Part shown: one piece after another, positions 18,124-27,244 of the stretch
Position numbering within the stretch: position 1 is the stretch's first letter
How the letters are laid out: the number at the start of each line of letters is the position of its first letter
Assembly: GCA_903888625.1 (NCBI GenBank)
Contig: CAISUD010000039.1
Location: 1 to 43,290, forward strand
Direction: 5' to 3'
Length of the DNA: 43,290 bases
Source of the DNA: an uncultured bacterium
GTDB taxonomy: Bacteria > Patescibacteriota > Minisyncoccia > Phycocordibacterales > UBA9973
Notes under the pieces: generated by a model
Seen by the model: the letters and a program-made list of their open reading frames with translations, nothing else
Database searches by the model: none
Told to the model about the DNA's origin: nothing
Made by a program: the position numbers and the translations under genes

Positions 18124-19464
18124 TTACTCGGATAATCTTTTATCGATACGGTTTACATCGCGAGGGAAAAGTGTCGCTTCTTTTACGTTTTTAAGTCCTA
18201 AAAACTTTTGAGTTAAACGCTCCAAACCCATAGCCAACCCCCCATGTGGAGGCATGCCATACTTAAAGGCTTGCAAATAAAAATCAAATTTTAGAGGATC
18301 AAGACCTTTCCATTTCATTTTTTCAATAAGTTCGTCGTATCTATGTTCTCTTTGATTACCAGAGAGAAGTTCTACCCCTCTAAATAATAAATCATAACAT
18401 TTAGTCGTGCCTTCATCATTTTCATCATCCATCGTATAAAATGGTCTCTTTTTTCTAGGGAAATTTGTGATAAAAATAAAATCAGAATTAAATTCTTTTT
18501 TGGCATACTCACAAATCCAGCGTTCATGTTCTGGTTGTAAATCTGGCTCGGTAGTGCAATCAATTCCTGTTTCTTTAGAAATTAATTTCTGTGCTAGGGA
18601 GAGTTTCATAAATGGAATTATTTCTCCTGGAGGGATAATTGGGAATTCTGCACCCAATATCTTAAATTCTTCTTTGCAATTATTTTTTAAATATTCTGTC
18701 ATGTATCGTAAAAGATCGGTCTCTAATTTCATAACATCTTTGGGACCATCAATAAAACTCATTTCTAAATCAAGTGATGTATATTCATTTAAATGTCGAG
18801 TTGTGGAATGTTTTTCTGCTCTAAACACATTTGTAATCGTAAAAACTCGTTCAAATACACCTACCATCATTTGCTTATAGAGCTGTGGACTAGTTGCCAA
18901 ATTCGCCATTTGATCATAAAAATATTCAAACTTAAAAACTTCGGTGCCACCTTCAGCATCGCCACCAACAATTAAAGGAGCTCGAAATTCTATAAATCCT
19001 TCATTTTTCAAAAACTCTCGATAAGAATAAAGTATTGCATCTTGAACCTTAAAAATTGCTCGTTCTCTTTCACGACGAAGTGTAAGAGGACGATAATCAA
19101 GTAAAGTATCTAGATTTAATTCTGCATCTGATGCAAATGGTAGTTCTTGAGCTCTACTCAATGCCTCTATAGCTGTGACTTCAAGCTCTATATCACCATT
19201 TGGAACTCCAGCTTTAATATTTCTTTCGGAACGTTTATTAACTTTCCCTGTAACTTTCAAAACCCATTCTGGACGAATTGTTTTGGCTACTTCAATAGCT
19301 TCAGCATGATTTGGCAAAACAACGCATTGCACTTTACCTGTCATATCTCGCATATCAAAAAAAACCATTTTCCCTTGATCACGACGGACATCGACAGAAC
19401 CAGCAATGATGATTTCACTAGTAATATTATCCTTTAAATCCTTAATAAATATCCTATTTTGCAT
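18124..19464 (-). CDS. aspS: Aspartate--tRNA ligase, short archaeal-type form, possibly non-discriminating
   Basis: 446 aa without the GAD insert; [50 protein letters not shown]. Confidence 0.88.
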   Translation of the reverse strand: MQNRIFIKDLKDNITSEIIIAGSVDVRRDQGKMVFFDMRDMTGKVQCVVLPNHAEAIEVAKTIRPEWVLKVTGKVNKRSERNIKAGVPNGDIELEVTAIEALSRAQELPFASDAELNLDTLLDYRPLTLRRERERAIFKVQDAILYSYREFLKNEGFIEFRAPLIVGGDAEGGTEVFKFEYFYDQMANLATSPQLYKQMMVGVFERVFTITNVFRAEKHSTTRHLNEYTSLDLEMSFIDGPKDVMKLETDLLRYMTEYLKNNCKEEFKILGAEFPIIPPGEIIPFMKLSLAQKLISKETGIDCTTEPDLQPEHERWICEYAKKEFNSDFIFITNFPRKKRPFYTMDDENDEGTTKCYDLLFRGVELLSGNQREHRYDELIEKMKWKGLDPLKFDFYLQAFKYGMPPHGGLAMGLERLTQKFLGLKNVKEATLFPRDVNRIDKRLSE

Positions 19465-19492
19465 CTAATAAATATATCACAAAATTGGCAAT

Positions 19493-19526
19493 AAAAAAAG
19501 GGATTATAAAAAAAAATAATCCCTTT
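19493..19526 (-). terminator. Intrinsic terminator after prs
   Basis: AAAGGGATTA/TAATCCCTTT stem with T-run on the minus strand. Confidence 0.65.
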
Positions 19527-19548
19527 AAAGACTTCCTTCATTTATAGG

Positions 19549-20562
19549 TTATAGTAAATCAATTACCGATTCTCCGTTATGTAAATTATCTATAACCTTT
19601 GCAAAGAGTGAGGCAACTGATATTACTTCAAGATTTTTAATATTTTGAATTTTCTCTTGAGTAATTATACAAGAATCAGTAACCCAGATACCGTCAAATT
19701 TTGCTTCGTTTAAATTATTTATTGCCTTACCATTAAGCAATGCATGCGTAGCAATGATATAAATATTTTTTGCTCCACTTTTTCGTAATTCATTTGCAGA
19801 ATTTTTTGCAGTCCCGCATGTGTCAAGCATGTCTTCTACAATAATTACATCATAGCCCGAGACATCTCCAATAATGTTACTAATCTCAGAATGATTAGTT
19901 TTTGCAGGGTCATGATATTTATTAATCATCACTATTTGATTTGGAATTTTTAATCTTGTTGCAACATTTCTTGCTTCTGTAACACCACCAGAATCTGCAG
20001 CGACAATCTTTGTTTTTGATAAATCAATAATTCCACTTTTTACTTTTGATTCAATATAATTTACTAATAACTTATCAGTTAATATATTAATCATTTGAAT
20101 CATCGGAAAAACAGTAAGACTACTTACATTGTGCAATTTCATTACAACTAGTCTGTCAGCACCCATTGATTTTAAAACTTTACCAACATGATGAACCAAC
20201 ACTGGTTCTCTGTAATTGCTTGGTTTATCTTGTCTGGCATCGGGCATACATGGAATTATCACAGTAATTCTATTAGCTGAAGCCTGTTTAAGAGCATCAA
20301 CAAAATAGTAAAGTTTTACTAAATCCAAGGCTCTTTCTTCAGGACTACCATATCTTATTTGTGCAAAAACATAAATATCAGCATCCCTTTCTGTTGTTTC
20401 ATTATAGAAAAGGAAACTACCATCAGCAAAAGATTTAAATTTTGTTTGTTTTGAATTTGTTTTTAGTTCATCAATAATAAGAAGAGCTAATGATTGCCCT
20501 TCAGAAGGTGACGTTATTCCATAGAAGGAAAACGGGTACGGATTAATAGCTTTTTGTATCAT
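19549..20562 (-). CDS. prs: Ribose-phosphate pyrophosphokinase (divergent)
   Basis: FADG, ASANRITVIIP..ARQDK, LH, AADSGGV, IIVEDMLDTCGT, ATHALL, VTDS. Confidence 0.88.
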   Translation of the reverse strand: MIQKAINPYPFSFYGITSPSEGQSLALLIIDELKTNSKQTKFKSFADGSFLFYNETTERDADIYVFAQIRYGSPEERALDLVKLYYFVDALKQASANRITVIIPCMPDARQDKPSNYREPVLVHHVGKVLKSMGADRLVVMKLHNVSSLTVFPMIQMINILTDKLLVNYIESKVKSGIIDLSKTKIVAADSGGVTEARNVATRLKIPNQIVMINKYHDPAKTNHSEISNIIGDVSGYDVIIVEDMLDTCGTAKNSANELRKSGAKNIYIIATHALLNGKAINNLNEAKFDGIWVTDSCIITQEKIQNIKNLEVISVASLFAKVIDNLHNGESVIDLL

Positions 20563-20611
20563 ATAAATATTGTTTAATGGTTAATATTACAAAGAAATTA
20601 TATTTTTATTC

Positions 20612-20640
20612 ATAATACAAAAAACTATAGATACTGTCAA
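20612..20640 (-). promoter_or_regulatory. Sigma70-type promoter for prs
   Basis: TTGACA-17 nt-TATTAT on the minus strand. Confidence 0.7.
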
Positions 20641-20657
20641 CTTTTTTAGTTTTGATC

Positions 20658-21752
20658 CTAAATATTTAAATCTTTAATAAATTTGTGTAAAATATTATAA
20701 AATATCTCCATTTCATTAATATCTATCCACTCATTATCGGCGTGAATGTTTGCACAATTGATTTTTGTAATAATTGCTGGAATCCCCTTTTCTGAAAAGA
20801 ATCTCGCATCAGAAGCACCCTCTGATTTATTAAAAATAATTTTATTGCCAATTTCTTTTGAAGCAATGTTCACATATTTTTTTAAAAATATATTATTTTT
20901 TATTTGGGTGAACGGAAAACCCTCATTCACTATTTCAAAATTACTATTTGTTATTTTTTTAATTTTATCTAAAATTTTTGCCCTCTCATTAATTTTTATA
21001 TAACGAATATCTAGACACATTTCTGCATAATTAGGAACAGAATTTATATTTTTACCACCTATAATATTTCCTAAATTAAGAGAATTTCTCCATTCTTTAT
21101 TTTTAATTGGTGGTATAGTTTTTTGAATTTCATTATAATATTTTATCAATTCTGTAATGGCATTCTCTCCAAGCCAGGGTCTAGAACCATGAGCCGAAAT
21201 ACCGTGAGCTTTTATTTTAAGGTGTAAAATACCTTTTTGATTTAAAATAATTTCAGACAAATTTTTACCTCCATCCGGAACAATTACAAATTTGGATATA
21301 TATTTTTTTTCTCTAAGTAAAAATGCAACTCCATTTTTCCCTCCTACTTCCTCGTCAGTAGTAAGCATTAACCCGACAGAAGGTCTGTCTTTTTTATTGG
21401 CTAAATCTTTTAATACCTTCATCATTACAGCTACCCCACCCTTCATATCACCACTGCCTCTACCGTAAAGTTTTGAACCTAATATTTTTGGAGAAAAACC
21501 ATCTTTTTTATCAGGAACAACATCTAAATGCCCATTAAGAAAAAGCTTTGGATTTTTTTCATTTTTTAGATTTACAACAATCGAATATATTCCATTTTCC
21601 TTAAACTCCTTAATAAAAACGTCCTCTTTTGAAAAATATTTTTTTACAAAAGCAATTACATCTTTTCTAGCTTTTTCATTGTCTTTTGTCGAAGGAATTT
21701 TCATCAATCCTATGCTTGTTTTTATTATTTCATTTTTATCATTCAACTTCAT
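20658..21752 (-). CDS. M20 family metallopeptidase/amidohydrolase (DapE/ArgE-like)
   Basis: NGHLDVVP, GRGSGDMKGG, TTDEEVGG, AHGSRPWLGENA, GASDARFF, IHADNE; start placed at MKLNDK (21752). Confidence 0.9.
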   Translation of the reverse strand: MKLNDKNEIIKTSIGLMKIPSTKDNEKARKDVIAFVKKYFSKEDVFIKEFKENGIYSIVVNLKNEKNPKLFLNGHLDVVPDKKDGFSPKILGSKLYGRGSGDMKGGVAVMMKVLKDLANKKDRPSVGLMLTTDEEVGGKNGVAFLLREKKYISKFVIVPDGGKNLSEIILNQKGILHLKIKAHGISAHGSRPWLGENAITELIKYYNEIQKTIPPIKNKEWRNSLNLGNIIGGKNINSVPNYAEMCLDIRYIKINERAKILDKIKKITNSNFEIVNEGFPFTQIKNNIFLKKYVNIASKEIGNKIIFNKSEGASDARFFSEKGIPAIITKINCANIHADNEWIDINEMEIFYNILHKFIKDLNI

Positions 21753-21819
21753 ATAATGATTATACATAAAAAAGGAGATAAGTATAATACTTATCTCCAA
21801 AATATTTATTAGGAATAAC

Positions 21820-22773
21820 CTAAACTAAGAGTGGTCCAGAAATTCCATCAGAGGCCCCATGCACTTTTAAGCATGGTCTCCAGTTCCAAAGTCCTCCAGC
21901 AAAAATCCACTTTCGATTTTGAATATCATAACCGAAGTAAATTCTCCAGATAGTAAAACCTTCCTTCCCATTTATTTCTTCCCTTCCTGGGAATATAAAT
22001 GGTTGTAGAATAAATTGTCTATCTGTATCTAAAAGAGAATTAGAAATTTTAGTTCTAGTATAGATACCAGAAGTATTTTTCTTTCTCTCCGCTGGATGCC
22101 ACAGAAAAACATTATCACACTTACTTCCTTTTAAAGGCTTAATAACAAATGGTTCATCCCATGGAAGTTTATCATGATTGCCAATTTTTTTGGCTAAATT
22201 CATTTCAACCAAATAATTCTTGTCTCCATGACTAGTGACAGGAGCTAAGGCTTTCTCTTCGAGTTTAGCAAGATCAACATTTTTGATATCAAGTTCACTT
22301 CCTCGAACCCACATACATTCAGAAAAATTATTTTCACAATTATTCTGTTCTAGCCACCCCCAATTCATAGCCTCAGAAAAAATACGAGTATCTTCGGCTG
22401 CGTCTTGTCTTGAATCAAGCACCACTGCACTTATTGGTAAATGATTTTCCCAAATCGAACCAATTGATTTAAGCTTTGGAAAAATATTTAATAAAATACT
22501 AAATCCAGCTGGTCTTGCTTCAATCTCGTAAACTTTATTTATAGGATATTCTCCTACAACAAATGGAGCTAAATCAACTCTGCAGAAAATTGTTGGTACT
22601 CCAAAATTTCTAACTGCCGAAATAGGAACTAAATCTTTTTTCCGTAAACTTACTTCCACTCTAGCCCAATTAGTTACAAGTTTAACTAATTCATTTTTCT
22701 GTTTCTCTTCGAGAAACCTTGTTTCCCCAATTTGAACTGGCCAGTTGCCAATTTGAATTTGTGTTGTTTCCAT
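21820..22773 (-). CDS. Circularly permuted ATP-grasp-like ligase (glutathionylspermidine-synthase-type motif order)
   Basis: CRVD and YEIEARP lie N-terminal to VIKPLKGSKCDNV and ILQPFI, the permuted ATP-grasp motif order. Confidence 0.6.
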   Translation of the reverse strand: METTQIQIGNWPVQIGETRFLEEKQKNELVKLVTNWARVEVSLRKKDLVPISAVRNFGVPTIFCRVDLAPFVVGEYPINKVYEIEARPAGFSILLNIFPKLKSIGSIWENHLPISAVVLDSRQDAAEDTRIFSEAMNWGWLEQNNCENNFSECMWVRGSELDIKNVDLAKLEEKALAPVTSHGDKNYLVEMNLAKKIGNHDKLPWDEPFVIKPLKGSKCDNVFLWHPAERKKNTSGIYTRTKISNSLLDTDRQFILQPFIFPGREEINGKEGFTIWRIYFGYDIQNRKWIFAGGLWNWRPCLKVHGASDGISGPLLV

Positions 22774-23012
22774 CTCTTATATATTCCAGCACCCGCATAA
22801 GCAAGTCTTCCGATCCTTTAGTCGTTTTATACTGGTTTTTTTAAAGAACAATTTACCAACTTTTGTAATTAAAAGCTGGTTCATATGTTCCTAATAGTTT
22901 ACAAGCACACAAATCAGCCTAAAATATTTTTTAGTTCTAAAAAAGTGCCAATAATAATTTAATTTTAATTTAATATTTTTCATATTTGTAAATAATCAAT
23001 TTGCATAAAAAT

Positions 23013-23037
23013 AAAAAAACTCTGTTTTGACAGAGCC
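23013..23037 (-). terminator. Conditional (attenuator) terminator
   Basis: Minus strand GGCTCTGT-CAAA-ACAGAG followed by T7; its 5' arm can instead pair with GAGCC in the leader ORF. Confidence 0.6.
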
Positions 23038-23073
23038 GGTGTGCTTTTCTTTGTAATTTAATAAGAATCTAAA

Positions 23074-23145
23074 CTAAAATACAAAAGCTCCTGGCTCATT
23101 AGTAAACCAGTTAAAATAATATACTCTTGTAATATTTCTTATCAT
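23074..23145 (-). CDS. Putative leader peptide MIRNITRVYYFNWFTNEPGAFVF (23 aa)
   Basis: TTGCTT-16-TATAAT promoter ending 6 nt before the ATG; aromatic cluster YYFNWF; overlaps the antiterminator arm. Confidence 0.55.
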   Translation of the reverse strand: MIRNITRVYYFNWFTNEPGAFVF

Positions 23146-23194
23146 TTATTTATTATAACGTATAAACCTTTTTAAGCAAGCAAACTGTGGAAAA

Positions 23195-24202
23195 CTAAAA
23201 ATAATCAATTTTGATAGCTTTCTTTACTTCTTGCATTGTTTTTTTGGCTTCTTTGCGAGCCTCCTTTGTCCCTTTTTCTAAAATTCTCATCACCGCTTTT
23301 GGATTCTTGGCCAACTCGGCTCTCTTTTCTCGAATCGGAGCAATAACTTTTTCTAAAACTTCTATCAATCTTTTTTTTATAACGACATCTCCCAATCCTC
23401 CTTTTTCATATTGTTTTTTAAGTAGAGAAACTTCTTCCTTTTTATTATCAAAAATATCTAAATAAGTAAATACAACATTCCCTTCAACTTTGCCAGGATC
23501 TTGTACATGAATATGCTTTGGGTCAGTATACATATTCATAACTTTTTTTGAAATAATTTCATAACTGTCTGAAAGATAAATTCCATTACCTAAAGACTTA
23601 CTCATTTTTGAATTTCCGTCGATCCCTACCAAGCGTGGAGTATTCCCAACTAAATGTTTTATTCGATCAAAAGTTTGTCCGTAAATGCGATTAAAATCAT
23701 CGACAATTTCGTTAGCTTGTTCAATAACTGGCAGTTGATCTTCACCAACTGGAATTAAATTACTTTTACAAAATAAAATATCGGCAGCTTGTGAAATTGG
23801 ATAAGTTAAAAATCCCACTGGTACATTCTCCTCGTAACCTTTGTCTTTCATTTCACTTTTGACTGTTGGATTTCTTTTTAAACGAGCCAAGGTTACTAGA
23901 TTCAAAAATAAAACTGTCAGCTCGGCAATTTCTGGAACTTCAGATTGAATAAACATCGTAGTTTTTTTCGGATTAATTCCACAAGCGAGATTATCCAAGG
24001 CAACTTCCAAAACATTTTCTCGAACTTTTTCTGGATTTTCGGCATTGTCCGTCAACGCCTGAATATCTGCCACCATATAAAAAGCCTTGTCGGCTTCATC
24101 TTGTAATTTTAATCTATTTTCAATAGAACCCACAAAATGCCCCAAATGTAATCTGCCAGTTGGCCTATCTCCCGTCAATACAATTTTTCTTTTATTTTCC
24201 AT
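23195..24202 (-). CDS. trpS: Tryptophan--tRNA ligase
   Basis: TGDRPTGRLHLGH, YPISQAADI, PVGEDQ, KMSKS. Confidence 0.96.
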   Translation of the reverse strand: MENKRKIVLTGDRPTGRLHLGHFVGSIENRLKLQDEADKAFYMVADIQALTDNAENPEKVRENVLEVALDNLACGINPKKTTMFIQSEVPEIAELTVLFLNLVTLARLKRNPTVKSEMKDKGYEENVPVGFLTYPISQAADILFCKSNLIPVGEDQLPVIEQANEIVDDFNRIYGQTFDRIKHLVGNTPRLVGIDGNSKMSKSLGNGIYLSDSYEIISKKVMNMYTDPKHIHVQDPGKVEGNVVFTYLDIFDNKKEEVSLLKKQYEKGGLGDVVIKKRLIEVLEKVIAPIREKRAELAKNPKAVMRILEKGTKEARKEAKKTMQEVKKAIKIDYF

Positions 24203-24244
24203 ATATTTATTATAACATATTTTTTATTGTGAAATAATACATTC

Positions 24245-24279
24245 ACCTCACCCCAACCCTCTCCTTATTAAGGAGAGGG
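24245..24279 (+). repeat. REP-like element ACCTCACCCCAA-CCCTCTCCTTA-T-TAAGGAGAGGG
   Basis: Perfect 11-bp stem with a 5' tail; related copy at 40942-40973. Confidence 0.75.
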
Positions 24280-24354
24280 CGAATTCACATTTTAGTAACA
24301 GGTTTGATAACTTTTTAGATTTTGACATTTTTTTGAGTATGCTAGAATAGCATC

Positions 24355-25746
24355 ATGGTAAAACCTAGAAAAAATGAAATACGAATTCCCCCTCAAAGCC
24401 TAGACTCTGAAAAAGCCGTGCTTGGGTCTATTATGCTTCGCAAGGAAGCTATGCACGAGATAGAAGATGTAGTAAATCCAGATTCTTTCTATGCCGAAAA
24501 ACACAAAATGATTTTCCAAGCGATGCTTGATCTTTCCTTAAAAAATGAACCGATTGACATGCTTTCACTTTCGACTAAACTCGGAGAAAAAAAATTATTG
24601 GAAGCTGTCGGTGGCAACCAATACCTAGCAGAAATTGTAAACGTCGTGCCATCTTCTACGAATGTCAAACACTATGGAGAAATTGTGCAAAAAAAATATC
24701 TTTTGCGTAGTTTGATAGATGCCGCTGACTTCGTTTCCGAACTGGCTTTTGAAGAAGGCGACGACCATGTGGATGATATTTTAGATTTGGCCGAGAAAAA
24801 AATGTTTAGTGTCGTCTCTTCCCCAAAAAATCAAAAATATGTAAGCTTAAAAAATGAATTACCAGAAGCTTATGAAAGATTAAATAAACTGCATGAGACC
24901 AAAGGAATGTTGCGTGGCTTGCCAACTGGTTTTAAGGATTTAGATGCTCTACTTTCTGGACTTCAAAATCAAGACTTAATTATTCTCGCGGCTAGACCAA
25001 GTATGGGTAAAACTGCTCTCGCCCTCGACATTGCCCGTCAGACTGCCACCTTGCACGACAAATCTGTTTTGATTTTCTCGCTCGAAATGTCTTCACAACA
25101 ATTAGTCGATAGAATGCTCTCCGCTCAATCACGGGTAAATGCTTGGAATTTGCGAACTGGTAATTTATCTTCCGATCGAGATTTTTCAAATTTACGCGAC
25201 TCGCTCGATAAACTCGCTAAAGCCAAAATGTATATCGATGATCAAGCTGGAAATTCAATTGTTCGAATGAAATCTTTATCTCGAAGGATTAAAGCTGAAA
25301 AAGGATTAGACTTGATTGTCGTCGACTATTTGCAATTAATGACGACTTCCAAAAATTACGATTCGATGGTCAACCAAGTCACAGAAATTTCAAGATCCTT
25401 GAAGAGTTTAGCCAAAGAATTAGACGTGCCAGTACTTGCCCTGTCACAGCTTTCTCGTGCTGTTGAATCTCGAGGTGGCAAACCAAGACTTTCAGATTTG
25501 CGAGACTCAGGTTCTATCGAACAAGACGCGGATGTGGTGATGTTTATTCATCGTGAAGACAGAGGCAAAGATGAATCTGAAAAAACAAATATTGCTGAAA
25601 TTTTGATTGAAAAACACCGTAATGGTCCAGTCGGAAAAGTTGAATTATATTTCGATGAAAAAACTACTACTTTTCTTACCCTCGAAAAAAGTAATATCAG
25701 TGAATTTTCTGCAACCAAAATTTCAAACGATTTAGATGAATTTTAA
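24355..25746 (+). CDS. dnaB: Replicative DNA helicase
   Basis: PPQSLDSEKAVLG, AARPSMGKT, FSLEMS, VDYLQL, LSDLRDSGSIEQDAD, KHRNGP. Confidence 0.97.
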   Translation: MVKPRKNEIRIPPQSLDSEKAVLGSIMLRKEAMHEIEDVVNPDSFYAEKHKMIFQAMLDLSLKNEPIDMLSLSTKLGEKKLLEAVGGNQYLAEIVNVVPSSTNVKHYGEIVQKKYLLRSLIDAADFVSELAFEEGDDHVDDILDLAEKKMFSVVSSPKNQKYVSLKNELPEAYERLNKLHETKGMLRGLPTGFKDLDALLSGLQNQDLIILAARPSMGKTALALDIARQTATLHDKSVLIFSLEMSSQQLVDRMLSAQSRVNAWNLRTGNLSSDRDFSNLRDSLDKLAKAKMYIDDQAGNSIVRMKSLSRRIKAEKGLDLIVVDYLQLMTTSKNYDSMVNQVTEISRSLKSLAKELDVPVLALSQLSRAVESRGGKPRLSDLRDSGSIEQDADVVMFIHREDRGKDESEKTNIAEILIEKHRNGPVGKVELYFDEKTTTFLTLEKSNISEFSATKISNDLDEF

Positions 25747-25751
25747 AATGG

Positions 25752-25870
25752 ATCCCGTACGAAATCGCGAACGCATAGAAATTAATTAAATTATGATTAT
25801 CAAAATGTATATTATTATTAATAAAATAAAGGACGAAGCGTAAGCGTACGCGTCCTATTTCGTACGGGAT
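25752..25870. mobile_element. 119-bp MITE-like element with 14-bp terminal inverted repeats
   Basis: ATCCCGTACGAAAT (25752-25765) and ATTTCGTACGGGAT (25857-25870); AT-rich interior; internal AGGACG/CGTCCT hairpin. Confidence 0.65.
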
Positions 25871-26504
25871 GGATACTATCGAAAAACTAACTGAAATATT
25901 CAAAGATTTCCCTGGAATTGGCGAACGCCAGGCTAAACGTTTCGTATATTTTTTGATGTCTAGAAACCCAGCTTATATTGAAAATATATTACTTTTAGTC
26001 AAAGATTTAAAAAAAGAAATTTCTCAATGTAATGAATGCTTTCGTTTTTTCATCGTTAGGCAAGGCCTCACGACAAAAGTGTGTGACATTTGTTCTAATC
26101 CAAATGTTGGTACCTCAACATTGATGATTATTGAAAAAGATTCTGATTTGGAAAGTGTCCATAAAAGTAATTTATATCATGGAAAATATTTTATTTTAGG
26201 AGGCCTAGTGCCAATCGTAGAAAAAAATACTAATTCAAGAATTAGAATTAAGGAACTTTTAGAAAAAATAAAAAAATCACAAACCACTGAGGCAAGACCT
26301 CAGGGGTTAAATGAAATTATTTTAGCTTTTTCCCTTTCGCCCCAAGGCGACCATACTGATTTTTATATTCGTAGCCAGATTAAAGATTTATGTGTTTCAC
26401 TAAATATTAAAATTTCTTCGCTAGGCCGAGGCCTATCCACTGGCACCGAACTAGAATATTCTGACAACGATACTCTCAAAAACGCCCTCAAAAATAGGCA
26501 ATAA
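25869..26504 (+). CDS. recR: Recombination mediator RecR
   Basis: FPGIGERQAKR HhH, CxxC…CxxC finger, YHGKYFILGG, Toprim EIILA, GRGLSTGTELEYSD. Confidence 0.95.
   Translation: MDTIEKLTEIFKDFPGIGERQAKRFVYFLMSRNPAYIENILLLVKDLKKEISQCNECFRFFIVRQGLTTKVCDICSNPNVGTSTLMIIEKDSDLESVHKSNLYHGKYFILGGLVPIVEKNTNSRIRIKELLEKIKKSQTTEARPQGLNEIILAFSLSPQGDHTDFYIRSQIKDLCVSLNIKISSLGRGLSTGTELEYSDNDTLKNALKNRQ
26053..26073. repeat. RAYT-type palindrome inside the recR zinc finger (TCGTTAGG-CAAGG-CCTCACGA; encodes VRQGLT)
   Basis: AGG-CAAGR-CCT core; 7/8 stem pairs. Confidence 0.7.
26282..26308. repeat. RAYT-type palindrome inside the recR Toprim domain (AACCACTGAGG-CAAGA-CCTCAGGGGTT; encodes TTEARPQG)
   Basis: Exact AGGCAAGACCT core; 10/11 stem pairs. 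Confidence 0.8.
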
Positions 26505-26581
26505 AAAAACTCCTTTATTTCTAAAGAAGTTTTGTAATGACTATCACATGAATCAACCAATCAAACATTCTGGAATGCTGT

Positions 26582-27139
26582 TCACGATATTTTTTTCTTT
26601 TTAGGCATAATACTATATACAAGGATTGCAAAAAAGATAATAATATATACTATGATTTCCGTACCAAATATAAAACCATCAAAAGAATATACCGGCTTGC
26701 CAATTATAAGAACAAAATTGTCTCCAACAATTTTAAACGTTCTTGTAATATCACCAGTATAACCAAAAAAAACGGTCCAATTATAGATATCCAAACTAGA
26801 CACCTTGACAGAATCATTCCGTGCAAGTTTACCAAGCACAGAAGTATCTACTACAACATCTTCTGCATATTTTTTTATGCTATCAGAAATTTTAAACCTT
26901 TTTTGTAAATACATCATTACAATAGACCCCCCTCCAAAGATTGAATCGTATAAACAATCTGTTGTCCTAGTTGTTATCGGCATATTCATTTCTTCTACAA
27001 CATTATAAAGAAGTAAGGTTTTAAAATCCTTTGCTATAATAATTTTTTTACTACAACGTTTTCCGTCTGTAGTCATAGCTGTGCATTTTACCCCCATACT
27101 GAGTACAGAAAGTAAAACAATAATAATTATTTTTTTCAT
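26582..27139 (-). CDS. Hypothetical exported, C-terminally anchored protein
   Basis: Signal-like N-terminus, C-terminal TM plus KKKK; own TTGACA-16-TAGTAT promoter (27185-27212). Confidence 0.65.
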   Translation of the reverse strand: MKKIIIIVLLSVLSMGVKCTAMTTDGKRCSKKIIIAKDFKTLLLYNVVEEMNMPITTRTTDCLYDSIFGGGSIVMMYLQKRFKISDSIKKYAEDVVVDTSVLGKLARNDSVKVSSLDIYNWTVFFGYTGDITRTFKIVGDNFVLIIGKPVYSFDGFIFGTEIIVYIIIFFAILVYSIMPKKKKIS

Positions 27140-27213
27140 TTATCAAGATTTTTTTTATTTTACGATGAATGTTTATTTAAACAAATACTACTACTTTACA
27201 TAATTTTGTCAAC

Positions 27214-27244
27214 AAAAAAATCCCCTAATTTCTAGAGGATTTTT
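27214..27244 (-). terminator. Intrinsic terminator after rplU
   Basis: AAAATCCTCTAG…TTAGGGGATTTTTTT on the minus strand, overlapping the rplU stop. Confidence 0.6.

Noticed and set aside
26422-26435. TAGGCC-GA-GGCCTA palindrome in recR resembling the RAYT core
   Set aside because: It encodes the conserved LGRGL motif, the loop does not match, and no insertion is implied.
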